Shown one piece after another: positions 50,801-63,420 of a stretch of 64,000 nucleotides of DNA; position 1 is the stretch's first letter; each line of letters begins with the position of its first letter. The notes beneath the pieces are model-generated. The model saw only the letters and a list, made by a program, of their open reading frames with translations. It had not been told where the DNA came from and made no database searches. Source of the DNA: Chiloscyllium plagiosum (taxonomy: Eukaryota); assembly GCF_004010195.1 (NCBI RefSeq), contig NC_057718.1:45620322-45684321 (forward strand), read 5' to 3'. Both the position numbers and the translations under genes were made by a program.

Positions 50801-53800
50801 TCAAAGTACTTCACCGAACATTCATTCACCCTTGCATGCACATGACTTCTCTGAACAAACTCTCCGTTCCCTGCTGTTTGTTAAGCAAATATTGATCAAG
50901 GAGAGTTGCATCTCCTGATAGCAATGACATAAGCTGGGGACTTATTCTGCTCTGCAGAGAGTCAATTCACGTCTAAAGAGCGGAGGACATTTTACCTATA
51001 TTACACAGTTTGATTGTGGACGGTTAGTGCAACTACATTATTATGCGATATATTTCTGAAGATTGAAAAGTTTACGACTAAACAGCATTTGTCTGAAAAA
51101 TGAAATTTAAATGTTAAGAAAATTGTCAGCAGCCTTGAGAAAGTGCTGAAAAACAGAATCAAGTGGATAAGCAGCAATCATTTTGAAGGACTGAAACTGT
51201 TCCACTGCATTTAAGAGGTTTTCAATGAAGTGAGCAAACATGATATACAATTTTCTTATTTTCAATATTTTCAAGTAGAATTGGGAAGCATAGCACACTA
51301 ATACCAGGTTTTAAAATTCTCCCCCATTAGCCAGTCGATTAGAAATGCAGGTCTTGACCCCTTGAGTAGGCTAACAGCTTGGCGTGGCCACTTTGCATAC
51401 GATAATCAATTCTTAATACCTCTTGGTGGAGGGATGATCCCATTAGGCAAGAACTAGACATATACATATTGCTAATTGTAGTTCTGAGTGGAAACATTCT
51501 CATTTGGTCAATTGTTTCAAAGGAATGGAGAAGACCTTACAGCAGCAATTGGAAAATGTAATGGTTGAGTTAAGAGACCAAAGAAACTATTAAACAATAA
51601 AAGTGATCATTAGACTAATTGGTGATTAGTGATTAATATTACAAGATTACATGATTAATTTGGAAAAAGGCAATTCAGAACAGTTAAAATGCTGTTAGTG
51701 GAATAAACATATTCAGAGAGAAAAAGACTCCCCTTGCAGGCCTTGATACCTTCCCATTCACATCCTTAAATAGATTTATTGCATGGTATGAACCCATAAA
51801 CTTTAGCATAACACCCTTAATTTTCACCACTTCAAATATATGGCAATGCTGTTTAAATACAGATTTGAGGGAATTATCAAAAGATCCTAAGCTTAACCAT
51901 GGCTCCCAATTATTTGAGCCACAACCACAATCTAAGTTGTTACACATACACTGTGTCCAAGCAAGTTACATGATGCAGGGAACACAATTTGTAATGTCAG
52001 TTTGATACAAATACTAACTACTCCTTAGTGAAAGGTTCACTCAGAGAATCAGATTTTTTAGTGCAAGTTATAAATATGATCAATACACACTGTACAAATA
52101 GATTGAGATGCTGCATGAGCACCTACTGTTAAATAAACACATGCAGTACTAATTCCCTGCAAACACACCACTTCTTAGTGAGTCGCGCTCCTGCTGAGTT
52201 TGGGAAGAGTTGTACAGCCTCATATTTCAGTTTTAGTGCTACATTTTAATAATCAGAATGGTATGAACACAGAACAAATATGTATATTGATCTATACAAT
52301 GGGGAGCAATTTTCAAAATATAGGTTTTTATAATTCTATTCACTTAAAACATTGGCGTTGGAAAGGACACAGCTGTAAGTGGAAAAGATGCAATGCTTCT
52401 GATTAGTACAGATCAAAACATGTCCGTCTGAACATGAATTTTAAATGAAATAAATGATTGTGGAACTATATTCATCAAAATAAATCATAGTCCAAAATCA
52501 CAATTACTACGTTTCATTCAAATAACAAAACACTTCCAAACTTTTTTTCATTTAGTAAAGAACTCTTGTCAGACATAATTATTTTCCACAGTGATTGATT
52601 TATCCAATCAGCTTTCTCCCCCACTTTGCCTTGTTTAAAATCTTGTCAAGTTCAATAATTAAGCTTTTAGCAAGGAATATTATAAATAGCCACAATCCTA
52701 AAGTATTAAGTGCAGCTACATTTTAAACAATTGTAAACAACCAGAATAGAGATAATTAGAAAATGGATTAAAACCACTACCATGCTTTATTTATCCAAAA
52801 AGTTATATTTGCAAAGCAAATGACAGGATTATTTTAATATTCAACAAAACCAGAGATTTTCATTTCTTTACATGATTATATATCTTCAAAGACAATCCTA
52901 TTAGAATACTATTCTCTAAATAAAACTTTGGTCAAATCTTTCCGCATGAGTTCATGCCGAAAACAATATCTGACACAGAATCTACTGTCTAGCTGTCATC
53001 AAGATCTTATCTCATGATGTAGGATTTGAGGGTCAACTGCAGATTATAACCAGCACCCCTAATATATTCATATTGTTGAAGGTGAGGAGTCTATCAGTGC
53101 CAAACTAGGGCATGCGACCCCTGCAAGTTACACAAAGAAAAACTTTACTCAGACCTTCAGATGGAACCATGGAGTTTGAACTGTAAGTAATGATTCACTC
53201 TGGCAGAATACCAGTAAGCAATTGAGCCAAGTACATGTCATGAGTTAGGCAATAATAAACAAAATGTGCATGTATCTAGAAAATAAAAGGAATCAACGGC
53301 TCAACTTTTCACTAATAGACTTGGAAATGCAGTTAGCCCAACAAATAACATCTAGTTTGAGTTTATTAATACTGGTTTCCTATTGCATAATAATCATTTT
53401 TAGAAGTGTTATGAATTCAAGAGTCAGATGATAGATTAGAATAACTACCAGGTTTCCAGTATCTTTTCGGACATGCCAAGAGAGGCAAGAGATAACTTTC
53501 TCTCTAATTTTACTTGCTTATAATCTCAAAGCGCTCACATCAAGAAACTAGATGTATGATAGTATCACTGTACAAAATATTTTTATTTGAATTTGAAGGA
53601 GTATTACATTTGAAAATAGATGGCTCTTTCTTCCTTTCTTTTTAGGTGCTTTTTTTGGTCTTTGCAGATGACAGTATGTTCCTGTCTAATTGCCCTTTTC
53701 ACCTTACAGGACATCCTCATTCTACTATCTGACACACTGAACATGTTTCAGGCGAAGTATTCATACCATGATATTAGTGTATGGTTGACAGATCCCACAA

Positions 53801-53814
53801 TGCTGGTAATATCC

Positions 53815-54363
53815 AAAACGTTGACTTCTCCACCTCCTGATCTTGCCTAGCTTGCTGTGTTCTTCCAGCCTCATACTTGACTACCTTGGAAAACAACGTC
53901 TTACCTTCTGCCTGGGCAGCCTACAGACCGAAGGACTTAAAACTGAGCTCTCCAATTTCAAATAACCGCCCTTCCCATTCCCTGACTCCCTTCCCAGCCC
54001 CTCCCCCTCCCTTCCATTCCTCTGATCGACTGTTCCTTCCAGCTACCAACCGGATTCATTCCTCCCATTGACCAGTCAGGTTGTACCCTCTACCTGTGTT
54101 CACCTATCCATACCTTATCACCCTGCCCCTTCCCACACCCAAAACCTTCCCAGAACCCCCCTTTATCTGCAGCTCTCCTTTCACCCACCCCCAATCCTGA
54201 AGAAGGGCTTATGCACGAAATGTCGATTCTCCTGCTCCTTGGATGCTGCCTGACCTGCTGCGCTTTTCCAGCAACACATTTTCAGCTTACACCTGAAATG
54301 TTCACTTCTCCACCTCCTGATGCTGCCTGGCTTGCTGTGTTCTTCTAGCCTCCTGCTTGCCTA
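53815..54363 (+). mobile_element. Penelope-like element 3' end with pseudo-LTR direct repeats
   Basis: The ORF end reads KQRLTFCLGSLQTEGLKTELSNFK* (resembling EQxLIFRLGxLQPxGLNxEFSNF*). It is flanked by ~70-bp direct repeats (53815-53884 and 54295-54363), with a hammerhead-like motif at 54193-54228. Confidence 0.75.
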
Positions 54364-55659
54364 GTTTGCATCTCCAAGCTGCCTGTGACCACTAAGTTCA
54401 ACAGGAGGCAATATCAGCAATATTCAATGCAGATCACAACACAATGTTCGATCAGCATGCTAGTCTTAAAGGTTGCACCTTAATGAGTATATTGAGGTGC
54501 TGGTTACATTCTGAAGTTGAACCTCAAATTGTGCATTACCAGGCAATATCTGAAGATTGCCAGGCAGTAGATTCTAATGTTAGAAGTTGTGTTGAGCATA
54601 AATTAATGAAAACATCAGATTAGACAGAGGCATCCATAACTACTGATGCAGCACCAAGTCTTTACTGGCAGACGTTGGCAGGAACAGAGATTTCAAAGAG
54701 TTGCAAGGAATCAGGAGCTCTCAAAACCTCCTTCTGAAGGGAAGAAGCTAAATAGAAGAACTCAGAATTTGGACTTGAACACTCAATGTAGCACCACAAC
54801 AGCTCTAATATCGATGCTCAGCATCAGCAAATGCACCTCACACCTCCTACTCATCTCTACAAGAGTTTCAAATGCTGCTTAAATGTAACAAAATCTCATC
54901 ATTCACCCTCAAGAAAGAGCACTTTCTTGCCTTCAGCATTCATATCCAAGTTGCCAATCTCACACTTCTCTCTTACTCCTTCCACTTATTTAATGATGGC
55001 AGTACACCCAAGCCCTACACAATTAGTGACACTACTTTGCAAGAAAAAGGTAAAATAATTGGTAGAGAGGACTGAGTCGGGACAAAGAATTTCTGCATTG
55101 ACTGAAACATATAGAGGAGATAGCTCTCCTAAATATGAAACCACTTGCAATGTGGGGACCATAATGTCTAACTTGAAACAGAATGCATTTTCATCTTCAG
55201 TGTTCCAATCTTATGCCCTTCTCTGCTTGAAGCCCATCTTTATCATGCTATCTGATGATTAAGGTATTGATAATATCACTCATTTTCCATCCCAAATCCT
55301 TCTCTCACACCAACCCCTAACTTCTGAATCCCTACTTTTAAACACCCAAGAACTGTCACCTTCCAAGCCACTATAAACCCAGGTCAAGGAAAGTGAACAA
55401 CAGCACGGCACTAACGAGCAGGCTCTGTGACATACTTTGAGGTTAAGTATTTTACTGGGATTGGCATATGGTGAGTCATTCAGCTAGAAGTGGCTTGCAG
55501 GGGTAGGGATCAGGGGTAACACATTGATTGCTTGCCAGCTCAAAGACTAGATGAGAGGTAAAGACTGCTACAAAAAGTCCCAGATGGAGCACTTTACAGC
55601 TTGGGCACGTGCAATAAAATGTCTGAAGTACAGGTTCCCCTGCCTAACAAATTGCTGCA

Positions 55660-56830
55660 GTGACTATTCTCTGTAATTTGCTACAGTTCTTCAAAAATGT
55701 AACGAAGAGAGTCGATTATGGGAGTCCTGTAGATGTAGTGTATCAGGATTTCCAGGAGGTATTTGATAAGGTGCCATACAAAAGGTTAATACAGAAGGAA
55801 AAATCACATGGAGTTAGGGGTAATACGGGTAGACGATTGGCTAAACAACAGAAAGCTGAGAGACAGGATACATATTCTTTTTCTCATTGGTGAGTTATAA
55901 CTGTTGGGCTGCCAGAGTTCAGTCTTTGTGTTCCAACTCTTTACAATCTATATTAATAACCTTGTTGCAGGGATCTAAAGTGCTGTAAACAATTAGGCAG
56001 GAAAGTAAATTATAAAGAAGAAATAAAAAAAACTTAAATAGATATGGATAGGTTAGGTGAATGAGCTAAAATTTGACAGATGAGTTTATCATGGCAAAGT
56101 GTGAGGTTATCAATTTTGGTCCAAGGAATAAGAGGCAATTGATCGAAATGGAGAGAAACTTTAAAATGTGTCCTTGGACAGGAAAAGCAGAAAGCTGATA
56201 TGCAGGTACAGCAAGTGATAAGGAGGACAAATGGAATTTTGGCATTTATTGCTAAAGAATGGAGTACAAAAGTAGGAAGTGTTGTTAAAACTGTAGAAGG
56301 CATCAGTGAGACTGCATCTGGACTACTATGTGCAGTTCTGGTCCCCTTACCTGAGAAAGTGGGATTGGAGGCAGTTTAGAGAAGGTTCACTAGATTAATT
56401 TCAGAGATGAAAGGCCAGTTTTATGAGGAGAGATTGAGCAGTTTAGAACTACACTCACTACAGTTTAGAATGAGTGGAGGTCTAATGGAGGTACACATAA
56501 AAGATTCTAGAGGATTGACACAGAGCACATGTTTCTCTTTGTGGGGCGATATAAAAGCAAGAGGTCATAGTTTAGGCTAAAGGGTGACAGATTTAAAAGA
56601 GAGGAGGAGAAATGACTTCTCTAAGTGTTGTGAATCTGTGGAACACATTACCCCAGAGTGCAGTGGATACTACAATACTAAAGAAGTTTAAGGAGGAGAT
56701 AGAGTTATAATTAGCAACAGGTTAAATGGTCACAAGGAATGGGCAGGAAAATGGAGCTCAGGCTGAGATGAGATCAACCATCACTGTATTAAATGGCAGA
56801 GGGGCTGCTTAATAGCCTACTCTTAATTCT
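55660..56830 (+). mobile_element. CR1 LINE 3' portion (decayed)
   Basis: VDVVYQDFQEVFDKVPYKRLI and LDYYVQFWSPYL remnants, followed by the CR1 tail. Confidence 0.88.
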
Positions 56831-56939
56831 CTGCAACTTCCACACCATCACAGTAGTAACAACTAATCTTGGAGGAACTATTGGGCAAAGTTCACAGCAC
56901 AGAATCAGACAAGTTAATTGTTGTTTTAAGTCTGTCCAA

Positions 56940-59900
56940 GAGAAAGGCTGCAGGAGTGAGTATAGTGGATTCTTTCTTGATTATATGTTTTTGGAGGTAA
57001 GTCTCTTGATTAAACTTAAAATACAAGCAATAGCTATTAATTTAACCTGGGGCAGTGTTTGTAGAGGAATACGACGGTGTTATTTTCTGGGTCAGTAGAT
57101 TGTGAAGGAGCAAAACTGGTCTTTGCAGTGATCTGTACTTCTTGTCAGATGTGGGAGTTTAAAGAGAGTTTAAGGGTTACTGTGGATTATATCTGCCATA
57201 AATGCTGTTGGATGCGAATCTTAGCAGATCAAGTGGATCGGTTGGAGAGACGGATAGAAGCGATGAGGAGCAGCAAGGGTGAGAGAGGTCGGCACCGAGG
57301 GCAGGAGTCTTTTGTGGATATACCCATTTCAAACAGGTGTGCTGTTTTGGAAAATTAGGGGGTGATGGATTCTCAGGGGAACGTAGCACGAACAGCCAGG
57401 TTTCTGGTGTTGAGACTGGCTCTAATTCAACGAGGGGTATGTCGGCTTGCAAGAGATCGATTGTGTCAGGGCATTCTGTAGTCAGAGGTACAGACAGACG
57501 TTTCTATGGCCAGCAGAGAAAAAGCAGAATGGTGTGTTGTTTCCCTGGTGCCAGGATCAAGGATGTCTCAGAGAGGGTGCAGAATGTTCTCCCGGGGGAG
57601 AGGGGCCAACAAGAGGCCATTGTCCACATTGGAACCAATGTTAAAGGAAGGGAAAAGGTTGAGATTCTGAAGGGAGATTACAGAGAGTTAGGCAGAATTT
57701 AAAAAGGAGGTCCTCAAGGGTAGCAGTATCTGGATTTCTCCCAGTGCTACGAGCTAGTGAGGGCAGGAATAGGAGGATAGAGCAGATGAATGCATGGCTG
57801 AGGAGCTGGTGTATGGGAGAAGGATTCACATTTTTGGATCATTGGAATCTCTTTTGGGGTAGAAGTGACCTGTACAAGAAGGACGGATTGCACCTAAATT
57901 GGAAGGGGACTAATATACTGGCAGGGAAATTTGCTAGAACTGCTTGGGAGGATTTAAACTAGTAAGGTGGGGGGGTGGGACCCNNNNNNNNNNNNNNNNN
58001 NNNNNNNNNNNNNNNNNNNNNNNNNNNNNNNNNNNNNNNNNNNNNNNNNNNNNNNNNNNNNNNNNNNNNNNNNNNNNNNNNNNNNNNNNNNNNNNNNNNN
58101 NNNNNNNNNNNNNNNNNNNNNNNNNNNNNNNNNNNNNNNNNNNNNNNNNNNNNNNNNNNNNNNNNNNNNNNNNNNNNNNNNNNNNNNNNNNNNNNNNNNN
58201 NNNNNNNNNNNNNNNNNNNNNNNNNNNNNNNNNNNNNNNNNNNNNNNNNNNNNNNNNNNNNNNNNNNNNNNNNNNNNNNNNNNNNNNNNNNNNNNNNNNN
58301 NNNNNNNNNNNNNNNNNNNNNNNNNNNNNNNNNNNNNNNNNNNNNNNNNNNNNNNNNNNNNNNNNNNNNNNNNNNNNNNNNNNNNNNNNNNNNNNNNNNN
58401 NNNNNNNNNNNNNNNNNNNNNNNNNNNNNNNNNNNNNNNNNNNNNNNNNNNNNNNNNNNNNNNNNNNNNNNNNNNNNNNNNNNNNNNNNNNNNNNNNNNN
58501 NNNNNNNNNNNNNNNNNNNNNNNNNNNNNNNNNNNNNNNNNNNNNNNNNNNNNNNNNNNNNNNNNNNNNNNNNNNNNNNNNNNNNNNNNNNNNNNNNNNN
58601 NNNNNNNNNNNNACCATAATTCTATTTGTTTTAAAATAGTGATGGAAAAGGATAGACCAGATCTAAAAGTTGAAGTTCTAAATTGGAGAAAGGCCAATTT
58701 TGATGGTATTAGGCAAGAACTTTCGAAAGCTGATTGGAGGCAGATGTTCGCAGGTAAAGGGATGGCTGGAAAATGGGAAACCTTCAGAAATGAGATAACA
58801 AGAATCCAGAGAAAGTATTTTCCTGTCAGGGTGAAAGGGAAGGCTGGTTGGATTTATGGGAAATGCTGGATGACTAAGGAAAGTGAGGGTTTGGTTAAGA
58901 AAAATAAGGAAGCATATGTCAGGTATAGACAGGATAGATCATGTGAATCCTAAGAAGAGTATAAAGGAAGAGGGAAATCAGGAGGACAAAACGGGTACAT
59001 GAGATAGCTTTGGCAAATAGAATTAAGGAGAATCCAAAGGGTTTTTACAAATATATTAAGGGCAAAAGGGTAACGAGGGAGAGAATAGGGCCCCTCAAGG
59101 ATCAGCAAGGCAGCCTTTGTGTGGAGCCATAGAAAATGGGGGAGATAATAAATGAATATTTTGCATCAGTATTTACTGTGGAAAAGGATATGGAAGATAT
59201 AGATTGTAGGGAAATAGATGGTGACATCTTGCAAATTACAGAGGAGGAAGTGCTGGATGTCTTGAAATGGTTAAAAGTGAATAAATCCCCAGGACATGAT
59301 CAGGTGTACCCGAGAACTCTGTGGGAAGCTGGAGAAGTGATTGCTGGGCCTCTTGCTGAGATATTTGTATCATTGATAGTCACAGGTGAGGTGCTAGAAG
59401 ACTGAAGGTTGACAAATGTGGTGCCATTGTTTAAGAAGGGCAGTAAAGACAAGCCAGTGAACTATAGACCGGTGAGCCTGACCTCGGTGGTGGGCAAGTT
59501 GTTGGAGGGAATCCTGAGGGACAGGATGTACATGTATTTAGAAAGGCAAGGACTGAATGGGGATAGTCAACATGGCTTTGTGCGTGGGAAATCATGTCTC
59601 ACAAACTTGATTGAGTTTTTTGAAGAAGTAACAAAGAAGATTGATGAGGGCAGAGCAGTAGATGTGATGTATATGGACTTCAGTAAGGCGTTCGACAAGG
59701 TTCCCCATGGGAAACTGATTAGCAAGGTTAGATATCATGGAATACAAGGAGAACTAGCCATTTGGATACAGAACTGGTTGAAAGGTTGTTGCTGAACAAA
59801 GAGACCTTGGAGTGCAGGTTCATAGCTCCTTGAAAGTGGAGTCGCAGGTAGATAGGATAGTGAAGAAGGCGTTTGGTATGCTTTCCTTTATTGGTCAGAG

Positions 59901-60509
59901 AATTGAGTACAGGAGTTGGGAGGTCATGTTGCAGCTGTACAGGACATTGGTTAGGCCACTGTTGGAATATTGCGTGCAATTCTGGTCTCCTTCCTATTGG
60001 AAGGATGTTGTGAAACTTGAAAGGGTTCAGATAAGATTTACAAGGATGTTGCCAGGGTTGGAGGATCTGAACTACAGGGAGAGGCTGAATAGGCTGGGGC
60101 TGTTTTCCCTGGAACGTCGGAGGCTAAGGGGTGACCTTATAGAGGTTTACAGAAGTGTGAGGGGCATGGATAGGATAAATACGCAAAGTCTTTTCCCTGG
60201 GGTCGGAGAGTCCACAATTATAGTGCATAGGTTTAGGGTGAGAGGAGAGAAGATATAAAAGAGACCTACGGGGCAACTTTTTTATGCAGGCGGTGGTACA
60301 TGTATGGAATGAGCTGCCAGAGGATGTGGTGGAGGCTGGTACAATTGCAACATTTAAGAGGCATTTGGATGGGTATATGAATAGGAAGGGTTTGGAGGGA
60401 TATGGGCCAGGTGCTAGCAAATGGGACTAGACTGGGTTGGGATATCTAGTCGGCATGGATGGGTTGGACCGAAGGGTCCGTTTCTATGCTGTACATCTGT
60501 ATGACTCTA
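56940..60509 (+). mobile_element. Near-full-length CR1 LINE (ORF1 Zn-finger + SGNH esterase; ORF2 RT), inactivated
   Basis: ORF1 shows CTSC...CHKC, a GDS-like SGHSVVRG, VHIGTN and DGLHLN. ORF2 shows NYRPVSLTSVVGKLLE, QHGF, YMDFSKAFDKVPH and EYCVQFWSP. It contains stops, frameshifts, an assembly gap and an internal deletion near 59785, and ends in an atgactcta tail. Confidence 0.95.
57984..58612. other. Assembly gap (629 N)
   Basis: Run of N at the position where the CR1 endonuclease domain is expected. Confidence 0.99.
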
Positions 60510-62779
60510 ATGCAGACCCAAAAGATGTTGCCACTTCTGCCCTATACCTGTTGCAGCATTAGTACGGACAGGTCACCTATTCCTCTGAACGTTTTATCCT
60601 TATCCTAACCAAATTTCTTCAACAATGGACCACCCATTGGACCATTCATGATTTTCATCTATGTACTACAACTTGATGACATGGACTCAGGTTCCACACA
60701 AATTCTGATAATAACCGTTGGCAACAGGAACTATATTTTCATCATTTCTTGTGACCCCTCCATTTCCCCTGTGTTATCAGAGGACTTGTCAGACTCCTCG
60801 GAGAAATCTGTTTGCATAATGTTGCATCTAATCACTTCTCAGGTCAGCAGCTTCAGAATGTCACTCAGTGTGTAGCTTGCCCAGTATTCCATGAGATAAA
60901 GAATAATTCTGAACCAGCCCATAGCATTTGGTCTGTACCTCTAAAAAATAAGTGCATCCTTCATTAGCCAGAAACGATTACTTTCACTTTAACAGAGATA
61001 AAGTCGGCTTTTATGCCTAAATGAAAATTAGTTTTCCAAATGTATTTTAATGAAAGATAAGAGTTGCTTTCCTCCCATTGGATGCTGTGGACAAGACAGC
61101 CGGGTGGTGGTGTGAAAAAGAGAATTTGTTCTGATCGAGTCTGGGGAATGGAGTAAAATGGAGTCAGAAAGCAGAGGGCTGTAGTATCCCAGATGCCTAC
61201 CCACCTCCAGTGCCATTTAATTACCAGCTATTTAAGGACTCTTTTTCTGACACCAGTGCTATTTTACCACATGGGATTTGGGAGGTTGGGGGGGGATAAA
61301 CAGGGAGGTTCCAAGTAAAAAGGTGGGGTTGGCCACCTGCTTCTGCACCTTTTACAAGCACCCAACCCCCCTCACAAAAGCAGAAAGAGCCACCACTGCT
61401 ATCCCTGTCTCAGACGGCTTTGCCCCTACCACCTTCAACGGGGCCTACCTAATTATCTAGGCCTGACAAACCCACTTTAAATCTGCACCTCCACAAATGG
61501 GCCTGAAAAGAGCCTGCAAACCACTAACTTCAGTAGTGAAGAACTGCCAACCCTCTGATCCCTGGCAGCTCTTAGGAGACCAAAAAAGCCTGCCCGAGGA
61601 ACACAGGCCACAACTACAGATTACAAAATGCCTAAACCACATGAAACTCAGTTGTGGCTTCCAAAGGTGATGGCAACAGGCTCACACCTGACTTTTAAGT
61701 CATTGGCTGAGCCCACAGTCTCGCTATTAAATTGTAGCATTTGTCATCTCACCCCACCAATACTGCAATTTAATACTCTCATTAAATCCTTAATGGCCTT
61801 TACCTTTCCGATCAATTAATACCCATCGCCAACCCTACAACCACATTCAAATTCATTGGCCTTGATTTTTGCTGAATGAGGATAACTTGGGAGCTCATCC
61901 ATTGGCTTTCCAATTTTCAGAAGGCAGGCTGAGCACAACAATGTATGAAACCACTTTATAGAACCAATGAGCCATATAGTGACATTAGTATATATTAAAG
62001 AAAAAGGTTAAGAGAAAGTTTTGTTATTTCATTACTTTCCACAATTTTGGAGAGCAAAGTTAATTTACTACAAGGCAATAACTGCCAATCATCCAGACTC
62101 TTTAAAGTATGAAAAGGCAGAAACTACAAGCATCTGAAATTTCAACACTGCATAAAATAAACATTGGACAATTGACAAAGAAGAGAGCCTCAGCTGATAA
62201 TCAAGCAGGGTTTTTACTGGGACCCAGGTGTTCTTACAGAGTAATGGAGTTCTAGGCACTCAGTCAATCCTCATTACATACGGTTGAGGTAGCATGGAGT
62301 GTGAGTGAATGAGTGTGTTTCTGGGAGCATGTGTGCCATAGTACCACAGTGGTTCTTTTTGCAACAAAGATCTTATCACTGCTGGAGGCAAGTGCCTCCA
62401 TTCTCTGGAGGCAAGTGCCTGAAACTGGGAATTTTCAAGTTTCCTGCTGCCATCTTGGTAATGAAAATTCAGACTTTCATCTGACAATTTGATTATCTCC
62501 TCATCTCTATGTCTGACCATCAGCACCTAAAATTACAGGTGACTGGGCTCTATGCCCTGGATCTCCCTCCATCAACTTCTTTAGGATGTTTAACTCTTCT
62601 CCTTCAAGACCCCGAAAAGAATTATGTATTCAACCAAATCTTTCCATATCTCTCATTTCCTCCTTAAGCTCCAAGTTAGTTGTTTCTAATGTTCTGTGAA
62701 GCACTTCAGAACTTTCTCTTTACAATAAGAGACATAATGCAAGTTTTGTACAAAAGTGACTTTATGAAAATTTGGATTA

Positions 62780-63420
62780 GTACAAAGTATAAAAATGGTT
62801 TACTAAATCTTTCTTCTGCCATGATTTTAGTCATCCCCAGCAGGACGTCACCATAAAATTCTTATTCTCCCTCCTTTTCAGTCTTCTGCAGGAACTGTTC
62901 TCTCTGCAATATCCTGTTCTATTCCTCCGTCACTCCCAAAACGACTTCAACCTGTTGTGACATCTTCCCATACAACTGCAGATGTAACATTTGTGCCTTT
63001 ACATCCTCCCTCCACTGTTCAAAGCCCCAAAACACATTCCAGTGATTTACTTCAATGTTTTCAATCTAGTCTATCATATTCCCTGCTCACAATAGAAGCT
63101 TCTCCAAATTGTTGAGACTAAATGTAGACTAGGTGACCACTCTGTAAAACCTTGGCTCTATCTAGATCTTTTTGCTACCATTAGTACACACTTTGCCTTT
63201 TTCTCGGAGGAACCATTCACAACTGTTCCACTTGCTCCTACTCCCCTTTTTATCTACAGCGTAAAACTCACTTTTCTAGCCCCTATCAATTATGAAGAGT
63301 CATTAAACTCAAAGTTAACTGTTTCTCTTTCCACAGGTGCTGTCAGATCAGCAGAGTTTCTCCAGCTCTTCTGTTTTATAATTCGGATCACCAGCATTCA
63401 GGGTATTTTATTTTTAACTT
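62780..63420 (+). mobile_element. Decayed Penelope-like element 3' end (GIY-YIG remnant)
   Basis: Near 63060-63150 the + strand reads FNLVYHIPCSQ*KLLQIVETKCRLGDH (resembling NLVYCIxCxxCxxLYIGETKRRLGDR), followed by the terminal repeat ccacaggtgctgtcagatcagcagagtttctccagc. Confidence 0.7.

Noticed and set aside
57934..58953. Long ORFs of 214-328 aa
   Set aside because: Artefacts of translating through the N gap; the non-N parts are CR1 sequence.
61940..61965. Minus-strand IKWF as a possible upstream prox1 exon (LIKWFSNF)
   Set aside because: It continues HTLL, not SNFREF, and has no other similarity or splice context.
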